From contig OX597830.1 of the NCBI GenBank assembly GCA_951406725.2, positions 64,728,001-64,792,000 on the forward strand: a stretch of DNA of 64,000 bases, given 5' to 3'. A program made the translations under genes and the position numbers. Of the stretch, positions 1-13,637 are shown in pieces. The notes beneath the pieces are model-generated. The model was not told the DNA's origin. It made no database searches and worked only from the letters and a program-made list of their open reading frames with translations. The DNA comes from Octopus vulgaris. Lineage: Eukaryota. Position 1 is the first letter of the stretch. Each line of letters starts with the position of its first letter.

Positions 1-180
1 GGGGTAGGAATTCAGCGATTCCCCTCACCAGTGTTCAACTGGTACATATATTATCGACGTCGAAAGGATGAAAAAGAATGTCAACTTGGACGGGATTTGA
101 ACCTGAACGTAAAGACGGAAGAACCGCGCTGGTAAGCATTTTCTCCGGCGTGCTAATAATTCAGCCAGTTCGTCACCTTA
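1..180 (-). mobile_element. tRNA-derived SINE, working family D (decayed, cut by window edge)
   Basis: Minus strand reads taaggtgacgaactggctgaattattagcacgccgg...gttcaaatcc (A/B-box-like). The same sequence recurs at 25958-26353 and 39630-40287. Confidence 0.75.
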
Positions 181-1095
181 AAACGAACATCAGCAACAAC
201 AACAACTGTAATAAAAATGACGTTGATGAAGAAGAAGAGGACAAAATGAACGAGAAAAAAATGGCGGAAATGGTGGAGGAGAATGAAGGTTAGCACAACA
301 AAAGAAAAGTATCTGGAAGGGCGCCAAACTTTTACCATTCTTAGATATATTGTAAGTTATCGCTGATTTATATACACTGTCTGTCGTACTTGTTGTTGGT
401 GTTGTTGTCGTCGTTGTTGTTGTTGTTGTGCATAGGATGTGGGTGGTGGTGGGCTGTGATGCAAAGATGAATAGAAGAAATTATCTTGTAACGTTCAGAA
501 GAATTGTGCCAAACACCATCAACTTCAGTACGTGTTCTACAGACGCATAGACATTCATACACACACGCACGCACACACACACACACGCACACACACACAC
601 GTATGTATATATATATATATATGTATATACGTATATACATATATATATATATGTATATATAGGAATATATACATATATATGCATATAATTATGTAGGTAT
701 AGATATAGATATATGCAGATGTATATGCACACGCATCCACGCCTCTTTATTTATCTATCTGTTTATCTTTTGTTCTATGCCTATACACACACACGCACAC
801 ACACACACACAGAAACACACACACACGAACATACACACGCGTGTATGTATTTAGTCGTCAAAGAATCCACCAGTCAGAAAAAATAGACACGTATATTCGT
901 GAATAAAGTGTGTATATTAACCCAAGTATTGTAGATCTGTTTCAGCCGATTTTACCAATCTGCTTCGCGATAGAATTAAGGTAATCGATGTTTTAATAAT
1001 GCCAACGTTTTGCAGTGGTAAAGGTATAGAAAACATTGGGTCTGTCTTCTGTTACCGGACGTGAGGATGCGTCATATCCAGTTTATAGTTGCTGT

Positions 1096-1448
1096 GAAGG
1101 CACGTGGCTCAGTGGTTAGAGCGTCGAGCTTACGATCGTGAAGTTGTGAGCTCGAATCCCGGACCGGGGTGCGTGTTGTGTTCTTGAGCAAGACACTTTA
1201 TTCATGTTGCCCCAGTTCACTCAGCTGTAGAAATGAGTTGCGACGTCACAGGTGCCAAGCTGTATCGGCCCTTGCCTTTCCCTTGGACAACATCGGTGAC
1301 GTGGAGAGGGGAGGCCGCTATGCATGGGCGACTGCTGGTCTTCCATAAAAAAAAACAACAACCTTGCCCAGACTTGTGCCTCAGAGGGTAACTCTCTAGG
1401 TGCAAACCCATGGTCAGTGTCTGACCGAAGGGGGTCACACTTTCACAC
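1096..1448 (+). mobile_element. Full-length tRNA-derived SINE (head A + tail iv)
   Basis: Head tggctcagtggttagagc...ctcgaatccc, core gtgttcttgagcaagacacttt. 11-bp TSD agttgctgtga at 1087-1097 and 1449-1459. Reverse copy at 41327-41664. Confidence 0.9.
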
Positions 1449-1580
1449 AGTTGCTGTGAGAAATGGAAAATACAAAGATATATAAACATGGATATACTTT
1501 TGCATGTATATATATCCAGCATGGCCGCAACCTTTGGTATGAAACGCATAAAAGATTAAAAGAATACACACACAGGTCTG

Positions 1581-1712
1581 CTTCCTAACTATATGGTTCT
1601 CGGCTCACTTCTATTGCGTGACAGCAAGGGCAAGTGTCTTCTACTATTGCCTCGGGTCGACCAACGACTTCTGAGTGGATTTGGTAGACGGAAACTAGAA
1701 AAACCCGTCGTT
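1581..1712 (+). mobile_element. Partial SINE family C (5' half)
   Basis: gggcaagtgtcttctactat...gagtggatttggtagacggaaact matches the full copy at 18019-18392. Confidence 0.75.
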
Positions 1713-1739
1713 TATATATATATGCATATATATATATAC

Positions 1740-1791
<52 letters not shown>

Positions 1792-1794
<3 letters not shown>

Positions 1795-1974
1795 GAGCAA
1801 ACACATAAATGTGAAACAAGGTGGGAAAAAAAGAGTACTCAAATACCAGTGGTAGAGTAATATGCTTTATTTAAAGCAGCAGAAAATTCAACAAAACCTG
1901 TTACTCTGAGTTTCCCGTTGCCGTTCATCTCAGAGTAACAGGTTTTGTTGAATTTTCTGCTGCTTTAAATAAAG

Positions 1975-1978
<4 letters not shown>
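1792..1978. repeat. Penelope-type pLTR remnant folded into a ~50-bp inverted repeat
   Basis: Arms 1861-1910 and 1929-1978 are reverse complements with one G-T. The loop read on the minus strand retains a hammerhead half-core: ATGA-ACG-GCAA-CGG-GAAACTCAGAGTA. Flanked by (TA)n. Confidence 0.7.
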
Positions 1979-2029
<51 letters not shown>

Positions 2030-3920
2030 TTTATATATATATATAGGAGGAGCACTCCGTCGGTTACGATGATGAGGGTCCCAGCTGATACGATCAACGG
2101 AACAACTTGCTCGTGAAATTGACCTGACTGTATGTATATATAATGGTGCTTTGTTTTACTGGGAAGCAATACTACTGTATTGCACCATGTAATCATTTAT
2201 ATATATATATATGCATATTTACATACACATATATACATGCATACATGCATGCTCTCATACGCACGCACATAGGTATATGTGAGTCTGTGTTTCCGTGTAA
2301 CCGCTGTAGGCTCGGGCGGAGACGAACAGTTCGGAGCGACGCCCTACCTTGAAGCTGTGTGTATATATAATCATTATCTAATATTTATCTTAATTTTATT
2401 ATTTTTTGCAAAATACATATCCATGTTAATAATTAATTACCTCTTCTCGTAATATTGCCATAATGGCTACGCCCAAGTTTATGTACACCTACGACAAATA
2501 TATAAACCTATTTATTCGGTGCATATCTTACGCGGTAATATAATGCCAAAATTTACAACGTGTACGTTTGTCCTCTCCAAGGAATTATATGAAAAATCTC
2601 TTGGTAACATTAAAAACTTGATAAACGTTGCGTATCAGAGACGTAACATTCTTTCTACCAATTAACGATAAACATATTTACCTGGAAGTCAAGCTGGTAT
2701 TTTCATAGGTACACTACATGAACCATAAGATAAATATATTCACCTGTGAGACGGTAAGGCAGACTCACAAACATAGCCTTTTGGGAACGGTTTAACCTGC
2801 CACCTGTCGAAACTTACCGAAACGAAGATCAAAAGAAGAAAATTTGGCCGATTAGGACAGACCATACGGAAATCTGATTCCAATATTGCAAACAAGCTCT
2901 GCGACGGACACCGCAATGGAGAGGGAAAGGCCCCACAAAAACTCGAAAAGCCACACTAAAGTACTGGCAGGCGGCTACAATTAGGGACAAGTGCAATCCA
3001 TAGGTAAAGATAAAGAGCAAAAGAAATATCTTCTTTGCGACCTAAGGACCACATAGAATCAAAGGAATTAAAAGACTAATCTAGTATTTTTATAGATACA
3101 AAACCAATATATTTCGTTTATGGATTTAGTTTGCAAGATCCTTTATGTGAGTTGGTGTGTTGAAACGTATTCTGTTATGTCTGGGGACAGTAATTTTCTT
3201 TCTGATCCTTATAATTTAACACACTCATCGGTAAAATTTCCACCTATTTCTTATTTTTACTTTCCTAAAATTTTCGTTGCATCTTCCATACACACATATT
3301 TACATATGTACATAATACACAAGCATACATACATAAATACATACATACATACATACAAACATACATACATACATACATACAAACATACAAACATACATAC
3401 ATACATACATACATACATACATACATACATACATACATACATACATACATAATACATACATACACACATACATACATACATACATACATACATACATACA
3501 TACATACATACATGACCGGATCATTAACAAAATAAGCACGTCCTCAGGGCGGAAAGGAAAACATGAAACTTTAAAGGTTCCTCAAGCGCAAGAATTACCT
3601 GAGGCAAAATGAAAATTCACTGGCTTCAAAAAATATAATAAAAATTATTATAAATTGGTATTTATTTTATTTTATATTGAACATTTTTTTTGTTCTGATA
3701 ATGAATAAGACATTCATTTTATATTGCTTAGGTTTAATGAGTGTTAAATAATTAAAATTAAATAGCAGATTATATTTAATATAGCTGTGAGTTTGGCCTG
3801 AGAATATGTGTGTGTGTGTGTGTGTGTATAGACACTTGTATATATATACACACACATATATATATACACATATATATATATATATATGTATATTCATATA
3901 TATATATTATATATATATAA

Positions 3921-3969
<49 letters not shown>

Positions 3970-3970
<1 letters not shown>

Positions 3971-4484
3971 TAGCAGTATCGCCCGGCGTTGCTCGGGTTT
4001 GTAAGGGAAATAACTATATAAGCATTTTTAGAGAGTTACTTCCTTTATAGATGCCAATTCGGGCTTTCTTAGCCATTTCTGTTTTGGTGTCTTCAAGCCA
4101 TGAAGTCGTTGTTCTAAAAGAACGCTGGTCTCCTTGACAACGCATTACGACGTTGATTTCTTTACACTCCCTTCCCCACAGCTTCACGAGGGAGGGAAGA
4201 AGGGGGAGAAGCAAACACAGGTGCAGGTGTGAGCGTGGACGCCAACTCCGCCGCCATCGACACACGAAAAATTATGCATTAAAATGGAATAAAAAATGAT
4301 GTTAAGTTATTTTTAAAATCGTAGACTCATCGTAGACGCGCGCTAATACTCAGACGGGCTCGATATGAATCACGACTATAAGATACCCGAATTTGGTTAA
4401 ACTGCACCGCAAAATGTGGGAGGAGTTAGGAATCTAAATCGTAGGAGACAGACACTCACACAACTACAGTTTTATATATATAGA
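3970..4484 (-). mobile_element. Non-autonomous Helitron
   Basis: Minus strand starts TC and ends CTAG, inserted A|T in (TA)n. Subterminal hairpin cccgagcaacgccggg lies ~8 nt before CTAG. Same termini as 45768-46187. Confidence 0.8.
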
Positions 4485-4542
4485 TATATATATATATATA
4501 TATATATATTAATATGTCTATATATATATGTATATATATATG

Positions 4543-4605
<63 letters not shown>

Positions 4606-4614
4606 GTATATATA

Positions 4615-4795
4615 TTGATCGCTAAATCAACAATCTCTCTCTGTTCATTTCCTCATATACCTTCTTTCTGCTGATGAGCATAGGGGCTCGAAACGTAGAA
4701 GACTTTCCCACTTACCCGAGCATCAAACTATTACACCTGCTTACTGTTCATACACCTGTCTTCGTCTCTTGTTTTTCTGTAAATTTCAACTATAT
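4615..4795 (+). mobile_element. Solo Penelope-like pLTR fragment
   Basis: Homologous to the pLTR downstream of the GIY-YIG fragment (58054-58270) and to 60405-60580. Bounded by (TA)n. Confidence 0.7.
4663..4702 (+). ncRNA. Minimal type I hammerhead-like ribozyme (variant core)
   Basis: tcttt-CTGCTGA-T-GAGC-ataggg-GCTC-GAAAC-GTA-gaaga: stem I tcttt/gaaga, stem II GAGC/GCTC, palindromic stem III ACGT, GTA cleavage triplet. Confidence 0.6.
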
Positions 4796-4796
4796 G

Positions 4797-4853
<57 letters not shown>

Positions 4854-4925
4854 ATATATATATATAATTACTATTATTATTATAATTATTATTATCATTA
4901 TTATTATTTTTAATAATAATAATAA

Positions 4926-5464
4926 ATTTCAGGGTAGCAAAAATTATTTTGAAATTTTTTGCCACCAGTGGTCTAGCGTGAAGAAAAAAAAATAGTCAAT
5001 AGACTATATATTATTCATATAAAAATACAGTGTACATTTAAACACATATGAGATGGCCATAACAGGACATTTAATCCGCTAGAAGAAATAGTTAAAATCC
5101 AAACCATATGAAAAATATATAGTCTACTTAACCAGTTGACCATGTCCCTTATTGGCTGACGATATGTGCATCTCTGACCACGAGCAGAAGGAGGTTTGGA
5201 TAATTCACCTTTAGAAACATGGGTGGTTCTTTCAGCATCCTTAAACAATCCTTATTCAGGGACCTTTTAAGCGGGATGAGTTACTCAACCAAAAGAAAAG
5301 GTCATGCGCTGTTTATCTTGATATGAGATCATCATGTCGCGCACATATGGTTGTGATGCATGTGCCTGGTGTACACTGATCAGAAGGGTAGTCATGATGC
5401 GTATACTGGGCTTCGTATATTTTACTCCAGTGTCACTTTGATGGTATGCACTGCTCTCTCACTC
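4926..5464. mobile_element. Probable interspersed repeat (likely non-LTR retroelement end) embedded in (AAT)n
   Basis: Complex sequence with sharp edges between two (AAT)n runs, ending ctctctcactc+(AAC/AAT)n. Only one copy in the window and no recognisable ORF. Confidence 0.35.
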
Positions 5465-5725
<261 letters not shown>

Positions 5726-6563
5726 ATATATACATATAGTTGTATAATATATACTTGGAATTAGGTGAGAAAGACCGAAGTACTCTATACTTCATACTGA
5801 GATTGAAAGAGCCCTTCGTAATATTTGTGCAGTAACGGTCAATGCTGTTTCCTTCAAAGATGATTCAGCTGGGACATTGTTAAGACCTTTTTCATATCCG
5901 TCTTCCTTTATCACATTTATGGCCAGTATTCTTTTAATTTTAAAACATGGCATCTTTTCAAGATTTATCTCCTACTCTCTGTGTTTTCTGAACCTCTCTC
6001 CCTGTGTCTCATGATAGCCATTGTGATGCATACGAGTTTAATAACATCGAACGAAAGATGAAAACTGAGGAGAAATCCAGAATTGATTCCGAGTGAAATT
6101 ACCATGGCGAAGTGGAATGGAAAGGGAAAAGTTATTCAAGACAATCAGAAAAGATACTATCATGGGATATCAATAAGCATTTCTGATATCAATGATGTAT
6201 TATATTGGGGAATTTTACTAGTTTCAGAATTGTTAAGTGCTGGATCAACAGACATTCGGACGAAGATATGATAGACAAGGAAGTTGTAAGCATATGTATG
6301 AGATCTCGTATGATATGAATCCAAAACTGTTATTAAAAGAAAACAATACTTAAAATGTATTAGATAGATAAATCATAACATGAAAAGCGTACAGCGGGAA
6401 ACAGAAAGAAAAAGAAAAAACATAACAAAATACCACGGCCAAAAAATGAAATACATTCATACATACATACATATATAGACAGATACATGCATACATACAA
6501 ACACACCCACTCACGTATATGTATATGCACACACACATATCTATACAAATACATATATATATG

Positions 6564-6681
<118 letters not shown>

Positions 6682-6806
6682 CATACATACTTACATACAT
6701 ACATACATATATAGATACACTCCTATATATACATTCATCGATATTTTTTGTTTAAATTATAGGTTCATCTACAGTACACAAACTCACATACATATATGTA
6801 TGTGCG

Positions 6807-6842
<36 letters not shown>

Positions 6843-9800
6843 TGTATGTATGTATGTATGTATGTATGTATGTATGTATGTATGTACGTATGTATGTATG
6901 TATGTATGTATGTATGTACGTATGTATGTATGTACGTATGTATGTATGCTCGGATAAGGCAGTGCTATAAAGAGAAAACAGTGTTAATGAACAATGAAAG
7001 GAAATGCTGTATGTAGTAAGTGAACTCCGCTGAAGAACAACGAGAAAATGGTACGCCAGATGTGGGAATATCAAAACAATGGTAAAGCATATGGTTTTAT
7101 AGATTGGAACATGAAAGAGATTGAGATTGGATACACAAGTTTGGGATCGAATTTCTAAACTAAGCAAAATAAAATCACATATGTTTTATAAAAGTACAAT
7201 AAATACGATATACAATGAAAATACAGCGTTGGAAATGTCTGGGCGAGGACCGTAATGTTTCGGGTTAAAGTCTTTCTGCATCGTTGTGAACTTGACGATA
7301 TACGTTTCCCAGTAAACGAAGGAAGGTATCTCATGGCATTTAATTACTGAGAAATGAATGAAAATTCCAAGGCTTCCAAGATTAGTGAGGAATAGAGGGA
7401 GGTGTTCTCACATAGGAGCTCTGGCCTAAATGCTCGTATCTGAGTGAAAACCGTAAAAATTTTAAATGGAGCCAGGCTGTGGTAAGCTAGGCAATAGTTT
7501 AGGTGTACTTTTCATCTAATAGACCATGGCAACATTTAAACTCAAAACGTAGAGACTCGTAACCAAATATTGCAAGATATAGCATCCAAAATTTCAAAGA
7601 TTCCTTTACCCTCATTCTCTGTGTTTTCTGAACCTTTCTAGAATGGTAACTTCAAATTTTTACATATAAAAGTAAAATCAACCACCGCGTAAATATGACA
7701 AAAAAACAACCAAAAAACCTATATAAAAACTGCCAAGGCTTTCATCCGATGCGCCACTGCTCCTGTTAATTCACAAACCACTTTAATACCACAATCGAAA
7801 CTGGCCTTAGAGTAATCTTAACGAGTCCACTCAGATGGGACATCGAGATAGAGCCCCGATGTGAGGTTACTTTTTTTGCTCCCACTCATTAATCTTGGAA
7901 GCTCTGAAAACCTTCATAGTACAGTGCCGCTCACCTCACTAAGTGATCACAAAATACCATCCTTTAAATACGAAACCTCACATCTTGCCAAGTACTGAAA
8001 AGATTTTAAACTTTAAACGTGGGATCTGAGTCTAAAAATACTCTTGTAGTTGAAGTCACATGGGTTTGTTTAATTTCTAATTAGCCTCATTACGCAGCTC
8101 TATGATAACAACTTCGCAGTAGAGGCCCCTCTCTCTAGTTTTCACAAACGTTATATTTACATCTATGTTAGGGCATTTAATAGAGTGTTTTGCGGCATTC
8201 GCTCCAGCTGTCTTCGTCGAGGTTACCTTTGCCTTTCATCTTTTGGTAAATAAAATACCGGGTTCGATTCTCCACTTTCTCCAACTCCTTCTGTTTGGCA
8301 CATTTTTCTTGTTGTGGAGGAATGCGTTTGTGGTCAGACTTGGAAAGGGATGCGCATCATCAGATCTCATATGCCGAGGACACGCCGCACGTCTCAACAG
8401 CGCCGCCACCCCTACGTTTTTACTAAGGCGTTAAGAGATCTTGGTATGGCATGGCATAACAATAAGCTCGTTATTTGAAAGATAATTTTATTTTAATCGA
8501 TAAGTTCGAAGGGCGAAATCGGCCTCGGCTGCATTTAAACTCAGGAGGTAAACATTAACCGACGCTTTAACTATTCTGCCAGCCCGCCGCCCTTAAGAGC
8601 GATAGTTCAAATCTGACATTTGATCAAATGTGACGTCAATGACTTCACATCCGACAAATCCAAAGGGAAAGAGATCTTAAGAGAATTCTTTCTTTGTAAA
8701 GACAGACAACCTTTTGTATGACCTTTATCATTAATCACCATGGTAACCACCCACCGCTCTCTTCGTCTTCAAATTCCAACGACCATCGACCAAGCAGTCA
8801 AGCATACCTATTCTCCATCTTCAATATCTAACACCACCCCCGTCTGTTCTGTGATTTTTCCCCCTAATTATACACGTGCCAAAGGGGCAAAGTTACTTAG
8901 CCTTACTGTCTCTTTCACACCTTCTCTCCTTATGTTTTTAACAAATGTCCTTCCCTTGAGCAAGTATCTCCACTCATGCGTTACAGTGGCTTTTTATAAT
9001 TCTATACTTTTAACTTAATAGTAAATAGTTGAATGTAGAAGGTAATTCTATTTTCATGTTCAAGTGTGATTCTCCCATTATTTTGGTTGGTTGGCTGGTT
9101 GGTAGGTTGGTGTGTTGTTAGCAGTAGTAGTAATCATGGTAGTGGTTCGTGGTGGTAGTGGCGGCGGTGGTGGAGGTTGTAGTAGTGGGGATAGTTGTGA
9201 TGCTGCCAATGATGATGGTGGTGGTGGTGGTGATATTGGTGTGGCTGGTGCAAGTGGTAGTAATGGTTGGTGATGCTAGTGGCAATTGTGGTGGTGGTGG
9301 TGGTATTCAAGGTGGTAGTGGTGACGATGGTAGTGGCGATGGTGATGGCAGTAGTGGTAGTGTTGATGGTAGTGGTTGCGATAGTAGTGGCAACGTGTTG
9401 TTGTATGATAATCTGCGTTATTGTTGTTTAGATAAAAATTAACTGTATGGACAAAAGGCGTTCCAACTATGACCATTTCCTCTTGATATATATGTATGTA
9501 TGTGTATGTGCATGTATATAATACATGTTTATGTATGTGTGTGTCTGTGTATGTGTATGTGGTTGTGAATGTGTGTGTGTGTTGTGTGTGCGTGTGTGCG
9601 TGTGTGTGTGTTTGTGTATGTGTGTGTTGTGTGTGTGTTGTGTGTGTTTCTGTGTGTGTGTGTATCTGTGTGTGTGTTTCTCTGTGTGTATGTGTGTGTC
9701 TGTGTGTGTGTGTATGTACAGCGAAGACTATGTTGTCCAACGTGTCTTGCAGTTTTTGTTGTTTAACTCTACACGAACCTCACCTAGCAGAACTATGATC

Positions 9801-10366
9801 CTATGGTCAAAAGCGTTCCAACCGTGCCCATCCCATCCGTTGCCCAAATACAGGTGGTCCACAGCCATGTTATGAGAAGATTTCCCTGCCATTTTAAAAA
9901 AATTGTGCGGCCCCGTATAGCCCCCTTATTTTTGACCTGGGTTTTCTTTATGTAGATATTGTTTGATAGATTTAAAGCGGAGTGGCTTTGTTGTAGTGGT
10001 GATGTAGTGTTGCAGTGGTGTCCGAGTAGTGTGGTGTGGTTTTTAGTGTTTTAGTAGTATTGTTGTGATGGACTGCCCCAGCGAGGCCGCAGTCAAGTGA
10101 CTGAAACAAGTAAAAGATAAAAGATAAACGATATAATGATGACAAAATGGCGGTCATATGATATTGGAGTGTTGTAGTCACGTGGTAGTGATATAGCAGT
10201 GTCAGGATGCTGTAGTTTTGGAGTGGTGTTTGATCTTGTGACGTAATATAAGTTATGGGTGTTGTTGTAGTATTTTAGTGGTGTTTTGGTTTTGGTTTTT
10301 AGTAGTGTTGTGGTGCTGTAGTAGTGCAGACTGGTAGAGGTTTAATGATGGTGTATTAGTCATGGT

Positions 10367-10745
10367 GGAGGCGCAATGGCCCAGTGGTTAGGGCAGCGGA
10401 CTCGCGGTCGTAGGATGGCGGTTTCGATTCCCAGACCGGGCATTGTGTGTGTTTATTGAGCGAAAACATATAAAGCTCTACGAGGCTCCGGTAGAGAGTG
10501 GTGGCGAACCCTGGTGTTCTCTTTCACCCCGACTTTCTCTCACTCTTTCTTCCTGTTTCTGTTGTACCTGTATTTCAAAGGGCCAGCCTTGTCACATTCT
10601 GCGTCACGCTGAATCATCCCGAGAACTACGTTAAGGGTACACGTGTCTGTGGAGTGCTCAGCCACTTACACGTTAATTTCATGAGCAGGCTGTTCCGTTG
10701 ATCGGATCAACTGGAGCCCTCGTCGTCGCAACCGACGGAGTGTCA
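10367..10745 (+). mobile_element. tRNA-derived SINE (head B + tail i)
   Basis: ggaggcgcaatggcccagtggttagggcagcggactcgcgg...tttcgattccc. TSD attagtcatggtgg at 10355-10368 and 10752-10765. Near-identical copy at 28809-29190. Confidence 0.9.
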
Positions 10746-10775
10746 CGAGTAATTAGTCATGGTGGTGGTATACTG

Positions 10776-11084
10776 GCACTCCGTCAGTTACGACGACGAG
10801 CGCTTCAGTTGATCCGATCAACGGAAAAGCCTGCTCGTGAAATTTAAATGCAAGTGGCTGAGTATTCCTCAGACACATGTACCCTTAACGTAGTTCTCAG
10901 GGAGATTCAGCCCGGTTACGGAATGTGATAAAGCTGAGTCTTTGAATAACTCATTGGATTGGAGTGGATTGGAGGAGCAGCGTCGAATAAGAATGTCTTG
11001 CTCAAGGACACAACTTGCTGCGGCGAATGGAACTGACGCCATTGCGATCGTGAGCCGAATGCCCGAACCATTAAGCTACGCGCT
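10776..11084 (-). mobile_element. Older SINE (A-like head + tail i), tail-to-tail with the previous SINE
   Basis: Tail gcactccgtc...gtacccttaacgtagttctc is the reverse complement of the 10367 copy tail. Head resembles 21126-21441. Confidence 0.8.
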
Positions 11085-11104
11085 TTACACGGTGGAACAC
11101 TGAT

Positions 11105-11218
11105 AGTGTGATGGCGGTGGTGGGGCAGCAGTAATCGTCATCGTAGTGTTAGTAGTAGTAGTAGTAGTGGTAGTAGTAGTAGTAGTAGTAGTAGTAATGG
11201 TGGTAGCAGTAGTAGTAA

Positions 11219-11259
<41 letters not shown>

Positions 11260-11524
11260 ATGGTGGTGGTAGTAGTAGTAGTAGTAGCAGTAGATAACAG
11301 CAGCAATGGGAGTGGTGGGGTGGCGGTAGTAGTGGTAGTAGTAGTAGATAACAGCAGCAGTGATAGTGGTGGTGGTAGTAGTACTACTACTAGTAGTAGT
11401 AGTAACAGCAACAGTAGAAGTAGTAACAGCAGCAGTGGTGGTGGTAGTAGTAGTTGTAGTAGAAATAGTAACAGCAGCAGTAGTGTTGTTGTTGTTGCTG
11501 TTGATGGTGGCGGTGGTGGTAGTA

Positions 11525-11575
<51 letters not shown>

Positions 11576-11611
11576 ACGGTAGCAGTGGTGGTGGTGGTGG
11601 TGGTGGTGGTG

Positions 11612-11670
<59 letters not shown>

Positions 11671-11690
11671 TGTTGTAGTCGTAGTAGTAG
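11105..11690. repeat. (AGT)n/(GGT)n compound microsatellite
   Basis: Direct reading. Source of the poly-V/S/T ORFs. Confidence 0.95.
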
Positions 11691-12691
11691 TTAATTGGTG
11701 TTGGTATAGAGCTGTCGTTGCGATGGTTGTGGTGACGGTAGTGTGGTGAAGGAGGTCGGTCTTCGTGGCTCGAAATGGTGTGACGTGATGTGGGGTGGGT
11801 GTTGAGTAGATTGTTTCAAAGCGAGGATGGTCTGGAGAGGTGGTACATGGCGTGAGGTGGCGTGGTACATAGTGTGGAGTGATGCGAGGAGATGTGGTGT
11901 CTGATGGTGGTTGGGCCGGGAGAGATTGTGGCGTGTGTGGCGGTGGTGGTGGTGGGTATGGTGGATGTGGCTCAATCATCGAACCGAATCTTCCTTTTTC
12001 ATATCTGCCATTTTAATAATCAATCATATGTTATATAGTTCAATGACTTCAAATGGAGAAATAACGAAGAAAGCAGGGATAGTGGTGGTGGTGGATGATG
12101 ATGATGATGAGGAGGAGGAGGAGGAGGAGGAGAAGAAGAAGGAGTGGGAGGCGGAGGAGGAGTGGTAGGAGGAGGAGGAGGAGGAGAAAAGAATGGGAGG
12201 GAATGGAAAAGAATGGTGTTAAAGGAAAGGAATGGTGTTTAAAGGGATAGAGAATAAATGAAGGAGAAAAAAGAGAAGAAAGAAAGGGAAGGAGGATAAG
12301 GATAGAAAGAAAGGAAGGAACAAGGAGGGGGAAATTGTAGGGGGGGGGATGAAGGTGGTGAAGAGTAAGCTGAAAGAATGAAGTGAGCACAGCAGAGGAA
12401 GAAAGACAAAGAAATAGTGGGGGTGAGAAATTGTGTATATATTCGTATATACATATATATATGTATGTGTGTATATATATATATATATATCGAGAGAGAG
12501 AGAGAGAGTGAGAGAGAGAGAGAGAGAGGGAGTAAGAGAAAGTGAGAAAGAGAGAAAGGGGCAGAGAAGGATACAAATGAACAGAGAGATGGATATAGTT
12601 TTAAAGGGAGAAAAAAATAGTTAAGCAGAAAGCTAGACAAGGAGACAGACAGAGAGGTAAACGGAAATGTTTCGTCATTTGAGAGCAGATA

Positions 12692-12729
<38 letters not shown>

Positions 12730-12742
12730 AACGAGAGATAAA

Positions 12743-12792
<50 letters not shown>

Positions 12793-13356
12793 AAGGCAGA
12801 CATAAGAAGACAGACAAAGAAGAAGACAAAGAGTCAGAGTGACAGACAGGTTGTGAGTTAAACGGAAATGTTTCATCATTCAATGAAAATATTGATTTGG
12901 TTTTCCAGAATATTCGAGGAGTTCTATGAAACAATAACTTGAAAATATCGCATCAAAGTGGAGACGAGAAAGAAGACAAGGGGTAGAGGGGAATGCAATT
13001 AAGATAGAAGAAGAATCAGAGTATGGTCACTTTTTTATTGCATACGGCAAAAATGGAGCAGCTTAGCATTGCCAGATCAAATCGTGTACAAGTTGATAAC
13101 TGTTTTTCTTTTCATTTTGTCTTTTGAGAATTCTGATTTATTTGACTGGAAAACTGAAGAAGAATCCTTGAATTCTTCACAACATTAGCTAAAGATTTAA
13201 TCAAATCTATCAATCACTCAGTCAGTCGATTAATGAATTACCCTCTCTGTCTGTCTGCTTTTCTTTCCCTCCCCCTTTCTCTCTATATGTATATGTATAT
13301 TCATATATATATATATGTACATATTTATGTATATACATATATATATACATACATAC

Positions 13357-13437
<81 letters not shown>

Positions 13438-13451
13438 TACATATATATACA

Positions 13452-13555
<104 letters not shown>

Positions 13556-13590
13556 TATTTAGGTTGATTTTTTAATTTTTTTAACTCTTA

Positions 13591-13637
13591 TCTAGTTTCA
13601 GCTCACAAGCTGTGGCCATGCTGGGGCACCGCCATTT
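13591..13637 (-). mobile_element. Extreme 3' end of a CR1-type LINE
   Basis: Minus strand aaatggcggtgccccagcatggccacagcttgtgagctgaaactaga is almost identical to 63840-63886. Confidence 0.8.

Noticed and set aside
1096-1170. tRNA-like sequences at SINE 5' ends (also 10367, 15785, 18019, 28809, 41664, 56154)
   Set aside because: They have A/B boxes but no proper cloverleaf or acceptor stem, and they continue into SINE bodies with TSDs. Not tRNA genes.
2500-2630. Possible decayed Penelope endonuclease C-terminus (C..LC..EK-like ...KNLIN)
   Set aside because: Needs several frameshifts and substitutions to read. Too weak to call without a profile search.
12050-12850. Long polypurine tract (and polypyrimidine tract 38480-39090) with triplex potential and long L/S-rich ORFs
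   Set aside because: Degenerate (GA)n/(GGA)n/(TCTA)n low-complexity DNA that is common in this landscape. No specific evidence of function.
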